From: an uncultured virus (IMG/VR IMGVR_UViG_3300036770_002019)
Lineage: Duplodnaviria > Heunggongvirae > Uroviricota > Caudoviricetes > Crassvirales
Reading direction: 5' to 3' (one strand)
Virus record (IMG/VR): IMGVR_UViG_3300036770_002019
Span: 1 to 64,000 of that record
Length of the DNA stretch: 64,000 nucleotides
Positions within the stretch are counted from its first letter, which is position 1; the number at the start of each line of letters is the position of its first letter. Both the position numbers and the translations under genes were made by a program. Under the pieces are notes generated by a model. That model was not told the origin of the DNA, made no database searches, and worked only from the letters and a program-made list of their open reading frames with translations. Of this stretch, positions 7,543-17,618 are shown piece by piece.

Positions 7543-9506
7543 AGTTTAAGAATACTCATTTATTCTCACCTGCAGCTAAAACCTTTATAGAATATGGGTA
7601 CTATACTGATGCAATTCCTGGGACTAAAGAGTACTATGAGTTTTGGGATGAAGAAAGAAAACGATGCTTACTAGGATACGAAGTAAACGGGGTAAGAGTA
7701 ACTGGATATCACTATTTTTACTTAAACTACTGTCCAATTGACCGCGCTGTAGATGCATATCTCCCAGACGGGACTAAAATAGCGCAACGTGATAGAACAT
7801 TTGCAGCATTTTATGATGGGGATTACAAATACTACCATGTAGTAGATGAATGTAGAAAAACAAACAAACATCTCCCAGTGCTAAAAGCAAGACGTAAAGG
7901 ATATTCGTACAAATCTGCAGCAATGCTTGTACGTAACTACTTCCATTTAAAGAACTCTAAGAATTTCGTATTTGCTGAGCAAAAAGAGTACTTAATTGGG
8001 GATGGAATACTTTCTAAAGCTTGGGATTTCATTTCATTTGTAGATGATAACACAGCCTGGACACAACCACGCTTGATTGACAAAGAAATGCACAAACAAG
8101 CAGGGTATAAAAAACGAGTCAACGGAGCAGATGTAGCGCTTGGGATGAAGTCTCAAATAATAGGGGTAAGTCTTAAAGATAACCCTGACAAAGTACGTGG
8201 TAAAGCTGGGGAACTAATCTTTTTTGAAGAAGCAGGTTCATTTAACGGACTCTTAAAAGCTTGGGAGGTAGCAATGCCTACAATGCGTCAAGGTTCTAAA
8301 ACTCTTGGGACTATGATAGCCTTTGGTACAGGCGGGGAAGAAGGAGTTGGGTTCGAATCTCTTGAAGAACTCTTCTATCATCCTGATGCTTACGACTGTA
8401 TGGCATTTGATAACGAATGGGATGCAGGAGCGTCAGGAACTAAATGCGGATTCTTTGTCCCAATCTATGAAAACTTAGATGGATTTATAGATGAGGACGG
8501 TAATTCACTAGTTGAAGAAGCAATTAAATTTGAAGAAGAACAAAGAGAAAAAAAGAGAAACGCTAACGACCCAAAATCTTTAGATCAATACATTGCAGAA
8601 CACCCATTCTCCCCACAAGAAGCTACACTACAAGTAACTGCCAATCTTTTTGACGTAAACTCTTTAAAAGAACAATACAACAAAGTAATAGCACACAATC
8701 TACAGTCTGAAGGGACAGCAGGGATATTATATTACACAAAAGAAGAAAAGATTGCTTTCCGCCCAAGCAGAGAAGTTACCCCAATCTATAAATACCCACA
8801 TAGAAAAGGGGATGATGTTAACGGGGCAGTTGTACTATACGAAGAACCCTTTAGAAATACAGACGGGGATGTCCCACATAATCTGTATATTATCTGTCAT
8901 GACCCTTATGCACAATCTGGGAGCTCAGATAGTGTATCTCTTGGCGCTGCATACGTATTAAAACGCCCAAACAACTTATCTAAACCTGATGACATCATTG
9001 TAGCATCTTACATTGGACGACCTAACACTCAAGATGAGTACAATCGCAATCTCTTTATGCTTGCAGATTACTTCAATGCTAAGATAGGGTTTGAGAATGA
9101 CCGTGGGGAGTTAATAGCTTACGCTAAGAGATACAGAAAACTCCACAAACTGCAAGAAGAGTTTGAGATGCTAGATAAAAGAGAGCTTAGATCAACTAAC
9201 ACTAGAAGACAATACGGTATGCACATGACTGAGCAACGTAAACGTCAAGGGGAAATATACATTAGAGATTGGTTAATCTCCCCGCGAGGTGTAGATGAAG
9301 ATGGGAATGTGACTCTCAACATGCACAGACTCTATGATCCTGCGCTTATACAAGAACTTATTAAGTTTAACCACAAAGGAAACTTCGATAGAGTAATGGC
9401 ATTAATGATCGGGATGTATCACACACGAGAGTTATATAATAGAGAGGTGGTAGAAATTACACAAGACCGTTCTATGGATGATTGGTTCGATAAGAATTAT
9501 AGATAA
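7539..9506 (+). CDS. terL: Terminase large subunit
   Basis: Walker A-like LKARRKGYSY, Walker B LIFFEEAG, FGTGG, nuclease motifs ICHDPY and GNFDRV. Confidence 0.95.
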   Translation: MKFKNTHLFSPAAKTFIEYGYYTDAIPGTKEYYEFWDEERKRCLLGYEVNGVRVTGYHYFYLNYCPIDRAVDAYLPDGTKIAQRDRTFAAFYDGDYKYYHVVDECRKTNKHLPVLKARRKGYSYKSAAMLVRNYFHLKNSKNFVFAEQKEYLIGDGILSKAWDFISFVDDNTAWTQPRLIDKEMHKQAGYKKRVNGADVALGMKSQIIGVSLKDNPDKVRGKAGELIFFEEAGSFNGLLKAWEVAMPTMRQGSKTLGTMIAFGTGGEEGVGFESLEELFYHPDAYDCMAFDNEWDAGASGTKCGFFVPIYENLDGFIDEDGNSLVEEAIKFEEEQREKKRNANDPKSLDQYIAEHPFSPQEATLQVTANLFDVNSLKEQYNKVIAHNLQSEGTAGILYYTKEEKIAFRPSREVTPIYKYPHRKGDDVNGAVVLYEEPFRNTDGDVPHNLYIICHDPYAQSGSSDSVSLGAAYVLKRPNNLSKPDDIIVASYIGRPNTQDEYNRNLFMLADYFNAKIGFENDRGELIAYAKRYRKLHKLQEEFEMLDKRELRSTNTRRQYGMHMTEQRKRQGEIYIRDWLISPRGVDEDGNVTLNMHRLYDPALIQELIKFNHKGNFDRVMALMIGMYHTRELYNREVVEITQDRSMDDWFDKNYR

Positions 9507-9528
9507 TTTACAATAATTTTGTACGCAT

Positions 9529-11757
9529 ATGTACGGCTCACATAAAATTCCACAACAAAGACTCCCAATAACTCAGAAAACTGAAAAGTGGAGAGAAGAA
9601 TGCGTTGATGCATTTATTAACTTATCTAAGTTCGGGCTGTCTGAGCGTAGAAACTATCTTAAAACATTGTACGATTATTACAATGGGGAGATAGACGAGC
9701 AAGATTACAAATACGTACTTAAACCGTATGGGCGTACACGAGAAAACTTCCCATCTAAGCTACGTAACTACCCAATTATAAAACCAATCATTGACCTCTT
9801 AATCGGGGAGAAATCTAAACGACCGTTAAACTATACCGTAGCAGTTAAAAACGGGGATGCAGTATCGTTAAAAGAGCAAGCTAAAAAAGAAGTTCTTATA
9901 GCTACTATACAAAAAATGTTTGTACAACAATATGTTAAACAAACAGATCCAGATACTGGGGCACAATTAGAACAAGAAGCTCCTCAGATCCCACAACAAA
10001 TACTTGAACAGTTTGAAACTAGTTATGTAGATGATAGAGCTATTAAAGGACAGCACGCTATTAACTACATAATGCAGAATGAAGAGATATACGATAAGTT
10101 TCAAAAGCTTTTCTTTCACTTTTTAGTAGCTGGGGAGTGTTACACAGAGAAAGGAGTTAGAAGAGGCGAGCCTTTTTACGACGTAATAAACCCTTTAGAT
10201 ATTGATTACGACAAAGACCCTGATATTGACTTTGTAGAAGATGGTGATTGGGCGATAATTAGAAAATTCGCACACGCATCAACTATTATAGATCAGTTTG
10301 GGGAGTACTTAACTGATAAACAAGTATTAGATCTTGAAACACCACACCAAAATTCAGTAGATTCTTATCTCTTGTACAGAGCAGAAGCTTCAGGAGCAGA
10401 TGATAACATTTACAGAAACAGACTTATTGAATGTGTAACTGTATATTGGAAAAGCCGTAAACGTATTGGGTTTGTATCTTATGAAGATCCACTAACAGGA
10501 GCAATTGAAGAGTTTCAAGTAGATGAAGATTTTAAACTACCTGCAGAATTAAAACAATTTGGTGCAAAATTAGATTGGGAGTGGGTAAATGAAGTGTGGA
10601 GAGGTACTAAGATTGATAACACATTCTTTGTAAACATTAATCCTCTCCCAAACCAAAGACTATCTCTAGATAATCCATCAAGATGTAAACTCCCAATTAA
10701 TGGGCGTAAATACTCTGACATTAACTCTAATAACATCTCATTAGTTAGCCTAGGCATCCCCTACCAACTCAACTACAACATCTACAAGTACCGTCTTGAA
10801 CTGTCGATCGCTCGATCAAAGGATATCATCGCTCAATTCGATATCAACATGATCCCTAAGAAATGGGATATGGATAAGTTCATGTATTATGTTGAGGGTA
10901 CTGGGATCGCCTGGGTTGACTATAACAAAGAGGGAATACAACTTTCCCCACAGCATCAGTCTGTCCTTGATATGTCTATTAAAACCATACAACAATATAT
11001 AGTCTTACTAGACTCTATAATGATGGAGTGGGAGAAGATCTCTGGGGTAAATAGACAACGTCAGGGAGCAATCGGGCAGTATGAAGGCAAGGGAAGTTCA
11101 CAACAAGCTATAGTACAATCCTCTCACATTACTGAAGACCTATTTAGAAAGTTTTCAAACTTTGAACAAAGAGAGCTTCAAGGCTTACTTGACTATTCTA
11201 AAGAAGCTTGGGTTACTGGTAAGAAAGGAATGTATGTAATGCCTGACACAACTATGCAGTACATAGATATAGACTCTATGCAGCATATGGAGAGTGAATA
11301 CGGAGTATTTGTTTCTGACTCTGGGGCAGATGTAGAAAAACTTAATCAAGCTAAAGGATTAGCTCAAGCTATGATTCAGAATGGTACTCCTGCATCAGAC
11401 ATACTTGAAATGCTTGACACAGATAACATAGCTGGAATTAAACAGAAAATCAAAAAGGCTGAACAAGCAAGACAGCAACTTGAGCAAGCTCAGCAAGAAG
11501 CACAAATGCAAATGCAACAACAGCAAATGCAAATGCAGCAAATGCAGCTAGAAGCTGAAGCTATAGATAAAGAAAAAGATAGACAGCTTCAATTAGAATT
11601 AGCTTTAATTAATGCAGAATCTAGAGACTCTAGTGAAAAAGAAAATATACAACTGCAAGACATGCTTAAAAAGTATGAAATGAAAGAACGAGAACTTTCT
11701 ATAAAAGAACAAGAACTTGCAGCTAAAATGAACGAAGCTTCTCAAGGTAATGACTAA
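9529..11757 (+). CDS. Portal protein
   Basis: 742 aa directly after terL; NYPIIKPIIDLLIGE, WVNEVW, SGVNRQRQG; Q-rich C-terminal coiled coil. Confidence 0.9.
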   Translation: MYGSHKIPQQRLPITQKTEKWREECVDAFINLSKFGLSERRNYLKTLYDYYNGEIDEQDYKYVLKPYGRTRENFPSKLRNYPIIKPIIDLLIGEKSKRPLNYTVAVKNGDAVSLKEQAKKEVLIATIQKMFVQQYVKQTDPDTGAQLEQEAPQIPQQILEQFETSYVDDRAIKGQHAINYIMQNEEIYDKFQKLFFHFLVAGECYTEKGVRRGEPFYDVINPLDIDYDKDPDIDFVEDGDWAIIRKFAHASTIIDQFGEYLTDKQVLDLETPHQNSVDSYLLYRAEASGADDNIYRNRLIECVTVYWKSRKRIGFVSYEDPLTGAIEEFQVDEDFKLPAELKQFGAKLDWEWVNEVWRGTKIDNTFFVNINPLPNQRLSLDNPSRCKLPINGRKYSDINSNNISLVSLGIPYQLNYNIYKYRLELSIARSKDIIAQFDINMIPKKWDMDKFMYYVEGTGIAWVDYNKEGIQLSPQHQSVLDMSIKTIQQYIVLLDSIMMEWEKISGVNRQRQGAIGQYEGKGSSQQAIVQSSHITEDLFRKFSNFEQRELQGLLDYSKEAWVTGKKGMYVMPDTTMQYIDIDSMQHMESEYGVFVSDSGADVEKLNQAKGLAQAMIQNGTPASDILEMLDTDNIAGIKQKIKKAEQARQQLEQAQQEAQMQMQQQQMQMQQMQLEAEAIDKEKDRQLQLELALINAESRDSSEKENIQLQDMLKKYEMKERELSIKEQELAAKMNEASQGND

Positions 11758-14116
11758 CGCAGAAAGAAAAGAAATACTACAACAAACAAGACAAGCTCAA
11801 CAGCTTGGGTTTAAAGGGTCTGTTGTAGATGTACTCGCAAACCCTGCAATACTGCAAGAGTTTGTACAAAGTGTAGGAAATCAAAGAAATCAACAAAATC
11901 AAAACGTAGAAGTAGCTGCAACCCCACAGCAACAACAGCAAGGTCTGAGAGGACGTTCTCAAGCTGAACTTCCAGCTCAAATGGTTTTCCCTAACGTCTC
12001 TCCTAATACCCCATTCAACACTGTGGGGATGAAAGCCCCAATAAATATAGAAAAGTATAATGAGCAGGGACATCTGGTAAAATCATATGAGAACGTTCCC
12101 CCAGGCATTACTAATCTCCCAATGGGACCGCAGAGAGGGACAGTTATTGAAACTCCTGCTAATATGCAAAGTGGGGGTAGGAAAAAATACCAAAGCGGTA
12201 GCCCAACGGAATATTTTGAAAAACCACCACTAACCTCATCTGACTTTGATTATACTGCAGACAGATCTAGAGGTAATGCTAGATTCTTTTCAGATCCCAT
12301 TACAGGAGAACCATTTCCTTTAGTAAATCTTCCAGCAGCAGAAGTTGTTACACAAAGAACTCCTTATAATCAATTATCTAATCAATCTTTATTAGCAGGT
12401 GTTAGCCAGGCAAAACCTTGGTTTGAAGCTGGAAATAAGGAGATGGGATATAGAGTTTTACAAGAAAGAGAAAAAGATTTACAAAGAGCTAGTCTTATAA
12501 ATGAATTTACTGGTATTCCTGCAATGGGTAGAACAGCAGATAGGATTAAAAATGATCCTGCTGATTTGTTTAGTTTGGAAGGAGGACTAGATGCCTTATC
12601 TTTTATACCTAGTACAATTCTAGCTAATAAAGGTGTAAAAGCTTTAGGACAACAACTCAGCCCTTTAGTAAAAAATTCAGCACCTGCAGTTCGTGGTACT
12701 TTTGTAAATCCTCCTGCAAGCAGCAAAATTTCTAAAGGGGTTAGCGGCACTAGCAGTCTTATAGATGAGGTGCTAGGAGAGATTGTAAGAGGAAAAAGTA
12801 ATAGAAAAGCTATTGCAGAAGGCAACGAATGGCTGGAAAATTGGATTAAAAGCCCAGTCACCCAACAAAAAATTGAAAATTCTTTAAGTCCTAAATTAGA
12901 TATAATTGGGAAAGAAATAGATAAAGCTAACGCTAATAAAGATTTTCTTTATAGTGCAAGACTATTAGACGAGTTTGATAAAACTGCAGCAGGAATGTAT
13001 CAAGCTCAAACTTTTGTGCCTAACAGTAGAGAGTACCCGTTATTAAAACAGCTGGATCAAAATTTACAACAATACCTTACAAAAAATGCAAGAGAACCAA
13101 TTCATTCTGGAAATAGGGGGGTAAGCTACATGCATGGCTATGATCCTCAACTTAGAAGATCCATAGAGCAAGGTCAATACACGCCCAGTGATAGATACGG
13201 TAGCTGGATTTCTAGAAAATTAAATATACCTCAATCTAAAAGAGTAGGTACAACTATACACGAAGGCACACATGATTGGGTACCTGCAGGAACTTTTAGC
13301 CGATCTGGAATGAGAAATACTGCTCTAGATAATATGGATCCTGCCATTAAAAAAGATTTTTTAGAATGGGAAGATTTAAGAAAGAAAGGTAATAACCCAG
13401 AAACAGTTATGGGAGAGCAAAGAGCTTATCAAGCTTACTTAGCTGATCCTACTGAGCAGCATGCCAGAATTATGGAGTTAAGGAAACAACTTAATATTAC
13501 ACCAGACTATGAAATGGATTTAGAAGATGCAGAAAAAGTTTTAGACTGGGTTGCTGCGGGAGGAAGTAATATAGATTCAAGATTTTTAAATACAATAGAT
13601 AGAGATCCTAAAAAACTTGCTGAACTATTCAATAAATTTTGGATGGCTCCTGCAGTAGCTGTTGGAGCAGGAGCAGCTGCCGTAGCTGGATCAGAACCTA
13701 AACAAATAATTCCACCTAACTTTAGATATGGAGGTCCTATTTCTTATCAAAATGGAGGTTTACCTGGAGAAATGCTTTATAGATCTACATCAGCTGGAGC
13801 TCCTTTAGCTTACAACTCACCAACAGCTAATGGTTACTTATTACCAGATCCTAATAGACCTGAGTTAATGAACACAGGTGCAACTGAATATAAAATGGGG
13901 GTAGATAATGATTTAATCCCAACAGTTGTAAATGGAATGTATTTTAGTCCTGAAGATGCATACAATAGATATAAACTGACTGGTGAGAAGTTTAAACCTA
14001 CTGCAGATCCTTCAGCATACAGCAAATTCTACGATGAGATAAACAGGCTTGGGATAATGAAACAAAAAAGAAGTGGAGGCAAAAAACCAAAGTATAAAGC
14101 CCCTAAAATGTACTAA
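11750..14116 (+). CDS. Modular virion cargo protein with a zincin-like (HExxH) domain
   Basis: TTIHEGTH (His at 13259) and YLADPTEQHARIMELR; modules bounded by xxxGG motifs; located between portal and scaffold. Confidence 0.6.
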   Translation: MTNAERKEILQQTRQAQQLGFKGSVVDVLANPAILQEFVQSVGNQRNQQNQNVEVAATPQQQQQGLRGRSQAELPAQMVFPNVSPNTPFNTVGMKAPINIEKYNEQGHLVKSYENVPPGITNLPMGPQRGTVIETPANMQSGGRKKYQSGSPTEYFEKPPLTSSDFDYTADRSRGNARFFSDPITGEPFPLVNLPAAEVVTQRTPYNQLSNQSLLAGVSQAKPWFEAGNKEMGYRVLQEREKDLQRASLINEFTGIPAMGRTADRIKNDPADLFSLEGGLDALSFIPSTILANKGVKALGQQLSPLVKNSAPAVRGTFVNPPASSKISKGVSGTSSLIDEVLGEIVRGKSNRKAIAEGNEWLENWIKSPVTQQKIENSLSPKLDIIGKEIDKANANKDFLYSARLLDEFDKTAAGMYQAQTFVPNSREYPLLKQLDQNLQQYLTKNAREPIHSGNRGVSYMHGYDPQLRRSIEQGQYTPSDRYGSWISRKLNIPQSKRVGTTIHEGTHDWVPAGTFSRSGMRNTALDNMDPAIKKDFLEWEDLRKKGNNPETVMGEQRAYQAYLADPTEQHARIMELRKQLNITPDYEMDLEDAEKVLDWVAAGGSNIDSRFLNTIDRDPKKLAELFNKFWMAPAVAVGAGAAAVAGSEPKQIIPPNFRYGGPISYQNGGLPGEMLYRSTSAGAPLAYNSPTANGYLLPDPNRPELMNTGATEYKMGVDNDLIPTVVNGMYFSPEDAYNRYKLTGEKFKPTADPSAYSKFYDEINRLGIMKQKRSGGKKPKYKAPKMY

Positions 14117-14204
14117 GTGCTATATATTTAATAACTCTTGTAAAAAATATTTTTATAGTTAAGCTATAAAATACTTTAAATACTTTTGTAAAACAACAAA
14201 CACA

Positions 14205-15260
14205 ATGGAAAAATTAGATTTAAACTCACTTTCTCTAGACAACGTTCTAGGAGATGGATTAGATTCGATTCAAGAAGATGAACAACTTCTTGATAAAGAA
14301 GAAGAAACAGAAAAAGTCGAAACAGAAGAAGAAGATGATGATTCAGTAAAAACTGATGATAATTCAGATGACTCAGATGACTCAGATGATTCGGATGGTA
14401 GTGACTCTGACATAGATTCCGTAGCAGGTGAAATTGCTAAAACTCTTGGTTTTGAACTAGAAAACGAATACGCTGATACAGTCGAGGGACTGACAGAGTT
14501 TACTAGGGATCTTGGACAGCAAATTGCAGAAGAACAATTAAACAGATTGTTTGAGCAATTCCCAGATGTACAAAAGCATTTAGATTATGTACTTGCTGGG
14601 GGAGATTCTAAAAAGTTCTTTGAGGCATACAATCCTAACACTGATTATAACAACTTTAAAATCAGTGAGAAGGATGTAAATTCACAAAAAGCAGTGCTTG
14701 CCCAATACCTACAACTAAAAGGGCACGATAATCAGTTTATTCAAGAAATGCTTGAAGACTACGAAGACTCAGGTAAGTTGTACAATAAAGCAACACAAGC
14801 TCAATCAGCGTTAGCTAAGGCTCAAGAAGAGTATAGAATAACTTTAGTAGAGCAACAAAAGCAAGAGCAACAACGTATCCAAGAAGAAACTGATAAGTTT
14901 TGGGAGGGAGTTGCAGGAATTATAGAATCTGGAAATGAGTTTGCAGGAATTAGAATCCCAGACAAACAAAAATCTAAATTCTTTGACTATATCTCTGAAC
15001 CTGTAGGTAAAAACGGGGAAACCCAACGAGATATTGATTACGCTAATGCACAATTAGAAGTAAAACTAGCAATGGATTATTTGATGTACAACGGATTTAA
15101 ACTAGAGGACATCATCAATACAAAAGCTAAAACTGTAAGCGCTAAAAACTTGAAAGAACGTATTACTAAAAACGAAGAGAGAGTTAAGAGTGCTTCAAAA
15201 CAAAGTAGACAACAAAGAAATTTTGATCCAGACAATCTGGACATGACCGCGCTTTTTTAA
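14205..15260 (+). CDS. Acidic scaffold-like protein preceding the major capsid protein
   Basis: D/E-rich N-terminus, coiled coil, position immediately before the capsid gene. Confidence 0.7.
   Translation: MEKLDLNSLSLDNVLGDGLDSIQEDEQLLDKEEETEKVETEEEDDDSVKTDDNSDDSDDSDDSDGSDSDIDSVAGEIAKTLGFELENEYADTVEGLTEFTRDLGQQIAEEQLNRLFEQFPDVQKHLDYVLAGGDSKKFFEAYNPNTDYNNFKISEKDVNSQKAVLAQYLQLKGHDNQFIQEMLEDYEDSGKLYNKATQAQSALAKAQEEYRITLVEQQKQEQQRIQEETDKFWEGVAGIIESGNEFAGIRIPDKQKSKFFDYISEPVGKNGETQRDIDYANAQLEVKLAMDYLMYNGFKLEDIINTKAKTVSAKNLKERITKNEERVKSASKQSRQQRNFDPDNLDMTALF
14355..14410 (+). repeat. Short 9-nt coding tandem repeat (DDS)n
   Basis: TCAGATGACTCAGATGACTCAGATGATTCGGATG. Confidence 0.7.
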
Positions 15261-15294
15261 ACATAGGCAACTAACAATTAAATAATAGAATATC

Positions 15295-16716
15295 ATGGCT
15301 CTAATGCAGGTACTTAAAACCTATTACAACGACCAGCAAATGACCGACACAAACTCGTTGGTCAATGCTCTTATGGAGAAGCCCGAAGAGCTCTCCCCAA
15401 TTATCACTCACCTCGCAGGACGTGAAGAAAAGAAATTCCCTCTTTCTTTCTTGACTGAAGGAGTTGGTAACACTAAATCTATCGACCGCTTTGAGTATGA
15501 ATACCGTGTAAAAACTCACGAAGTAAACGTGCGCCCTGTAGTATCATCTTTGGGTACTGGTGCGGGTGGATCTATCTTTACAGTAGTATTCCCTGACAAG
15601 TGGTTTATTTTCCCTTACACGCTTGTATCTCAATCTGGGGTATTAGCACGTATCATGACTGAGCCTCAACCTACTGCAGGTGGTTATGAGTACAAACTTA
15701 AACTTGTATCTCCTGACCAATCTTCAATGCCAGCTGCTGATATTACTGCAGGCGCATTGTTTGGTATGTTGTACGCAAACGTAGGTGTAGATTTCTCTCG
15801 TGGAAATGCTTCTAACTGGGCAGCCCCAGGTCTTGTTCGTTCTAAAATTGGTACGATTCGTAAATCTTACCACTTTGCAGGTAACGCTAAAGACTATGTA
15901 GCTCAGTTCGAACTCCCAATGAAAGAAGGACGTACTACTAAACTTTGGATGGATTACGAAGAGTACCGTCACATGCTCAAGTTCAAAGAAGAGTGTGAAA
16001 TGTACTACTGGTATGGTGAGAAAACTTATGACAACAATGGTGTTAACCAAATGTTGGATGAGAATGGCCAACCTGTAATCTCTGGTCCAGGTCTCTTTGA
16101 GCAGATCATTAACAAAGACTCTTACTCAACTTTGACTCAAAACAAAATTGAGGATGTTATTGGTGATTTGTTCTACGGTATGACTGACGCTACTGATAAG
16201 CAAGTAACATTGTTTACAGGTATTGGTGGGGCTCGTGAATTTGATCGTGCACTTCGTAACTACTACAGCGGTTCAGGTAACGGATACCTACAAACTACTG
16301 AAGCTAAGTTTATCACTGGCAGCGGTCGCAGCCTTGGAATTACTGGTTACTTTACTTCTTATGACCACATTGATGGACATACTGTAAACGTAGTTAAAGT
16401 TCCATTGTTTGATCACGGTCCAGTAGCTCAAGCTTCTCAAAAGCACCCAGAATCTGGCCTCCCACTTGAATCATACAGAATGGTGTTTGTAGATCAATCA
16501 ACTTATGATGGTCAAAACAACCTTCAAATGATCAACAAAAAAGGTCGTGAAATGCTTCGTTGGTGTGTTGCAGGTTCAGTAGTTCCTAACGGATTTACTT
16601 CTACTGACACTCGCGCATCAGATATTGACGGTGCTTCAGTTCACATGCTTAAGACTGCAGGTATCTTGCTTCGCCGCTTTGATACCAGCTTGGATCTTCA
16701 GTGTGTTGCATCGTAA
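15295..16716 (+). CDS. Major capsid protein (crAss-like, HK97 fold)
   Basis: 473 aa; highly expressed codon usage (CGT, GGT, TTC, AAC); SGPGLFEQI and LFTGIGGAREFD; canonical position after portal and scaffold. Confidence 0.9.
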   Translation: MALMQVLKTYYNDQQMTDTNSLVNALMEKPEELSPIITHLAGREEKKFPLSFLTEGVGNTKSIDRFEYEYRVKTHEVNVRPVVSSLGTGAGGSIFTVVFPDKWFIFPYTLVSQSGVLARIMTEPQPTAGGYEYKLKLVSPDQSSMPAADITAGALFGMLYANVGVDFSRGNASNWAAPGLVRSKIGTIRKSYHFAGNAKDYVAQFELPMKEGRTTKLWMDYEEYRHMLKFKEECEMYYWYGEKTYDNNGVNQMLDENGQPVISGPGLFEQIINKDSYSTLTQNKIEDVIGDLFYGMTDATDKQVTLFTGIGGAREFDRALRNYYSGSGNGYLQTTEAKFITGSGRSLGITGYFTSYDHIDGHTVNVVKVPLFDHGPVAQASQKHPESGLPLESYRMVFVDQSTYDGQNNLQMINKKGREMLRWCVAGSVVPNGFTSTDTRASDIDGASVHMLKTAGILLRRFDTSLDLQCVAS

Positions 16717-16723
16717 TTTGTGT

Positions 16724-16769
16724 TTGGTTTGCAGAAAGGGGGGTGTAACAGCCCCTCTTTCAAAACCAA
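16724..16769 (+). terminator. Stem-loop after the capsid gene (terminator or mRNA stabiliser)
   Basis: GAAAGGGGGG-TGTAACAG-CCCCTCTTTC, extended by TTGGTTT/AAACCAA. Confidence 0.7.
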
Positions 16770-16811
16770 CTTTTAATATAAACCCTAGTTATTCTTAAAC
16801 TAAAAAGAACC

Positions 16812-17618
16812 ATGAAAAAAATCATTATCAGACGCAAAGAGGTTTTGAATCACCTCCCAAAAGAGATTCGAGCAGGAGCTAAAGTAACAATTGGCTCTAT
16901 TTATGTAGGACGTCAACCACTTAAAGGAGTTGAAGGGGAAGAAGCACAGAAATTGCTTAAAGACATTATTGATGTCCCAAGTAACCACCAAGACTGGCCT
17001 AAAAAAGAAAAAGACTTTTGGGCATCTATGAGAGTTAAAGTACCATTCGAAGGAAAAGAACTGGACATTAGTACCGACGAAGATGGGAATCCATTTAACA
17101 CTATGGATTACTTAACTTACAAATGGTGCCTTAAACACAGATTAGTGGCATCCACAAAGGAAGAGATGGAAGCTGATGGACGTAAAAGATTTTACATCTA
17201 CGACCCAGAAAAAGATCTTCTTAAAAAGAATGCAGAAGTTAAGGTTTCTAAAGAAGCAGATAAAGAATTTATCAAGCTTACAGGAAATACAGATAAAATG
17301 CGGATGTTACTCAGAGTATTATCTGTAGGATCTCGTCCTGAAAACTTAACTGACATGGAAGTAGAGAACATGCTTTACGAACTTAAAAACCAAAGTGCTG
17401 CAAAGTTCCTCAAGCATGCTATCGACCAAGATCTGGAAATTAGATCTGAAGTTTCAGAAATGATTGAATATGGAGTAATTCGCTTGATTGGGAATCAACA
17501 TATCTACATTGATGAAACTATCGGGGAAAATATCACAGATACAATTGTATACTTTAAGAATAAAAAGAACTCTGGCGCAGTAAACGCTATGAGGGCACAA
17601 CTTAAAGAATTGAAGTGA
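16812..17618 (+). CDS. Conserved crAss-like protein downstream of the capsid gene
   Basis: 268 aa; synteny with the crAss-like capsid module. Confidence 0.65.
   Translation: MKKIIIRRKEVLNHLPKEIRAGAKVTIGSIYVGRQPLKGVEGEEAQKLLKDIIDVPSNHQDWPKKEKDFWASMRVKVPFEGKELDISTDEDGNPFNTMDYLTYKWCLKHRLVASTKEEMEADGRKRFYIYDPEKDLLKKNAEVKVSKEADKEFIKLTGNTDKMRMLLRVLSVGSRPENLTDMEVENMLYELKNQSAAKFLKHAIDQDLEIRSEVSEMIEYGVIRLIGNQHIYIDETIGENITDTIVYFKNKKNSGAVNAMRAQLKELK

Noticed and set aside
7539-9506. Intein or intron in terL, the capsid gene or the RNAP
   Set aside because: The ORFs are uninterrupted and of normal size. No C/S...HN intein ends or homing-endonuclease motifs are seen, and the RNAP inserts lack Cys and splice motifs.
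11460-11550. CAAATG/CAG repeats in the portal C-terminus
   Set aside because: Ordinary Q/M-rich coiled-coil low complexity, common in podovirus portals.
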